DNA from: a virus
Taxonomy: Duplodnaviria > Caudoviricetes
Virus record (IMG/VR): IMGVR_UViG_3300035670_001165
Coordinates: 1-25,250 of that record
Length of the DNA stretch: 25,250 nucleotides
Reading direction: 5' to 3' (one strand)
The notes beneath the pieces are model-generated. The model was not told where the DNA came from. It saw only the letters and a list, made by a program, of their open reading frames with translations, and ran no database searches. How positions within the stretch are numbered: the first letter of the stretch is position 1; the number at the start of each line of letters is the position of its first letter. The translations under genes and the position numbers were made by a program. Shown piece after piece: positions 22,918 through 25,250 of the stretch.

Positions 22918-25085
22918 ATCCCACTCCCCATCTGCATTTTCAGTCTACGCTCGGCGGCGAACAGGTTCTGCTTGCTGCGCTCCTTGATCGCCGTCTCGCC
23001 CAGCTTGGCCTTAATCTGCTCGAGAGACAGGTTGTTGGCGTTGGCCAGCTTCAGCATTTCCAGCTCGATCATCTGCGCGCGCTCTTCGCGGCGGGCGTTG
23101 ATGCCCTCCTGCGCGATCTGCAGGCGAGTCTGCAGCTCCGCCAGGTCGCCTTCGTTCTGCGCCTGCGTGCGGGCGAGGTCTGTCTCGGCGCGTATGCGGG
23201 CCGCCGCGATGCGGGGGTCTTCGGCCTGGCCCTGCGACGCGGCTTGACGTTCTGCCTCGAGGATCGCCTCGATCTCTTCGTCGGACTTGAATACCTCGGT
23301 CGGGTCGACGTGCTGCGCCTGAAGGGCGCGCTCGAACAGTTTCTTCGGGTCGAGGAACTTGCCGTAAATGGGGTTGGCGCCGGCCGCCAGCAGCTGCAGG
23401 AAAGCCTGGTTCTGGATGTCGCGGACGATCAGCGTCGAACTGCCGCGGGCGTCCACCGAGAAGTCGCCCTTGATCGACTCGTCCTCGTTGTACAGCATGT
23501 TCCAGTCGTAATACCGGCGGATGTGCGGCTTGGTCAGCATGTCATCGAATTGCTTGACCAAGCGTTTAAGTACGACGTTCGCAGAGGTCATCAGCATCTG
23601 CATACCGCCGACGGTATCAGGCGCCGTGCCCTGCTCGCCCTGCATGAGGGTCGGCACGCCGGTCTCCGCGTCAGACAGCGCCATCGCCATCTCGATGATG
23701 TTCGCCAGCTCACCCTGGTGGCTGCTGAACTCGAACGTGGCGAAAGCCTTGCTCACGTCGTCCACGTCGTCCGTGGCGTACCAGATCTTGCGGGCCGACA
23801 GCTGCCACTGCTTGTCAGCGGGCTGGATGACGCCAGGTTTGACGACGATCTGCGGGCCGCTGGTGACCCCTGCGTTGTCCATCATTTGACGCCAGGCGGC
23901 GTTCAGCACGCGCTGCTGGGCGCGCATAAGGTACGGCACCCCGTAGCCCCAGATGGTGTTGCCGGCCTTCTCCCAGATGAACGCGTCGTAAGGCAGGGAT
24001 CCGTCCTCGAGGGGGTTCAGAAACGCCCGCACGACGGTGTCGTTGATCATGACCACCGTCGCGCTGAGTGTGCGCAGGGGGTCCTTCTCGCCGATCTCGA
24101 CGCCAGCCGCGACCAGGTCTTCGTAGTCCACCTCGCCGGTGTACTCCCACTTCTCGAACAGGTCGTCGGCGATGTCGGTGATCTCCTCGTCGCGGATCTC
24201 CTGCAGCGCGCGGCTGCGCTTGGGGCCTTCCTCGAGCACTTTCCGCAGCTGGTCTTCCATGTAGCCCTTCTGCTTGGCCAGCTCGCGCACGCGCTTGGCG
24301 GTCAGCTCTTCGCGCTCGTAGATGCCCTTCCCGTTCTGCAGGTCGTTGCCGCATCCGGGATCCGGGTAGATGTTGCGCGGGTCGACGCGGAAACTGGCAG
24401 GGGCGCGCTCTTCGATGAACACCATCACCTGCGCGGATTTGCCATCAGGCCCAGTCTGCTTCTTCCATGCCCGGCGGAATCGGTTCATCACCACCGGGCC
24501 TTTCAAAATGCCCGTGCCGAACTTGGCCGCGTCGTGGATGACCGCCCTCAGCTCGGCGTTGTAGTTGCACTCGACCAGCTGGTCCTCGATCGTGGTCTGC
24601 ATGCCCTTCGCCTTTTTCTTGGCGTCGGCCATGATCGCCCTGGCCACCTGCTTCATGGTGACCGGATTACCCTGCTGGTCGGTAACCGGGGCGCCGGTCA
24701 AGGGATCCACCGCCGCGCCTTGGTCAGATATTAGCTCGCTGATGCTGGGCTCGGGGGTCGGCATGATCCCCCAGTTGCGGTCGTCAGTCGGCAACAGAAT
24801 GTCAGCGATCCTGGCCTCCGCGGCGTTCGTCTTTTGCCGCGTGACGCCGATGTAGACGGTCGACCGGTGCGCACGGGCGTGCTGCGTCGTGACCGGGTAG
24901 CCCTGTTCGACGCTGGTCATCATCTGCGACGCAGCGCGGTTAACGTTGTCCTTGCTGTTGTACTGGTCCTCGTCCTCGAGCCAGCGCTTGTCGACGCCGG
25001 CTGACGCGCGGGCGCGGATCCAGGTATCCCGCTGCCGGCCGAGGGCCATGCCAAACATGCGCAGCTTGCTGATCTCGTTTTCCAT
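22914..25085 (-). CDS. Portal protein with long C-terminal helical barrel (P22/N4-like); likely start ATG 25085
   Basis: About 723 aa; DAAKFGTGILKGP, VDPRNIYPDP, WGYGVP, ETGVP..MQG, GDFSVDARG, C-terminal coiled coil; upstream of scaffold and MCP. Confidence 0.88.
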   Translation of the reverse strand: MENEISKLRMFGMALGRQRDTWIRARASAGVDKRWLEDEDQYNSKDNVNRAASQMMTSVEQGYPVTTQHARAHRSTVYIGVTRQKTNAAEARIADILLPTDDRNWGIMPTPEPSISELISDQGAAVDPLTGAPVTDQQGNPVTMKQVARAIMADAKKKAKGMQTTIEDQLVECNYNAELRAVIHDAAKFGTGILKGPVVMNRFRRAWKKQTGPDGKSAQVMVFIEERAPASFRVDPRNIYPDPGCGNDLQNGKGIYEREELTAKRVRELAKQKGYMEDQLRKVLEEGPKRSRALQEIRDEEITDIADDLFEKWEYTGEVDYEDLVAAGVEIGEKDPLRTLSATVVMINDTVVRAFLNPLEDGSLPYDAFIWEKAGNTIWGYGVPYLMRAQQRVLNAAWRQMMDNAGVTSGPQIVVKPGVIQPADKQWQLSARKIWYATDDVDDVSKAFATFEFSSHQGELANIIEMAMALSDAETGVPTLMQGEQGTAPDTVGGMQMLMTSANVVLKRLVKQFDDMLTKPHIRRYYDWNMLYNEDESIKGDFSVDARGSSTLIVRDIQNQAFLQLLAAGANPIYGKFLDPKKLFERALQAQHVDPTEVFKSDEEIEAILEAERQAASQGQAEDPRIAAARIRAETDLARTQAQNEGDLAELQTRLQIAQEGINARREERAQMIELEMLKLANANNLSLEQIKAKLGETAIKERSKQNLFAAERRLKMQMGSGI

Positions 25086-25087
25086 CT

Positions 25088-25222
25088 TCAAACCCTTCGC
25101 CTACGGCGCAAAATCAGCGCCATCATACTCCCGCCGTCGCCCTCGCCGCCTGCGTCAAACGCAAACGCCTGGACGCTGAAACTCTGCGTGAAAAAAGCCG
25201 TCGATGAAAATGCAGCCATCAT
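25088..25222 (-). CDS. Small 44-aa ORF with Phe pentad repeats and penta-Arg tail, absent from the ORF track
   Basis: MMAAFSSTAFFTQSFSVQAFAFDAGGEGDGGSMMALILRRRRRV*; GAGGTG upstream; stop lies 2 nt before the portal ATG. Confidence 0.6.
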   Translation of the reverse strand: MMAAFSSTAFFTQSFSVQAFAFDAGGEGDGGSMMALILRRRRRV

Positions 25223-25250
25223 GGAACACCTCGCCACAGATCCGCCGGGA
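25219..25250 (-). CDS. Probable 3' end of an upstream gene (...PADLWRGVP*)
   Basis: TGA at 25221-25219 overlaps the next ATG (ATGA); only 9 sense codons visible. Confidence 0.35.
   Translation of the reverse strand, partial: PADLWRGVP

Noticed and set aside
19971-24734. Plus-strand ORFs 19971..21041 and 22896..24734
   Set aside because: Antisense shadows of the capsid and portal genes.

Overview
The window is the virion-morphogenesis region of a GC-rich tailed phage or prophage with podovirus-like gene order. Every credible gene is on the minus strand and most are translationally coupled. In transcription order (right to left): small ORF, portal, two small basic proteins, Dps/ferritin-like protein, small ORF, scaffold, N4-gp56-type major capsid protein, two probable head decoration proteins, terminator, adaptor, nozzle, tail fibre/Gly-rich cluster, holin plus GH24 lysozyme, several ejection/internal proteins, and a giant ORF. 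The giant ORF (7166 to beyond base 1, at least 2388 codons) is missing from the supplied ORF track because it has no stop in the window. By hand translation it is a polyvalent protein: HExxH zincin peptidase, a degenerate ART-like module, a GP88-like Cx5Cx3C module, three divergent ADP-ribosyltransferase-like modules, then a helical C-terminal region. The last four junctions each carry the exact pentapeptide FSRAQ. A second pattern, GL[LI]xxxM, recurs in five unrelated probable internal proteins and may be a capsid-loading signal. The long plus-strand ORFs are antisense shadows. All family assignments come from motif recognition by eye, not database searches.
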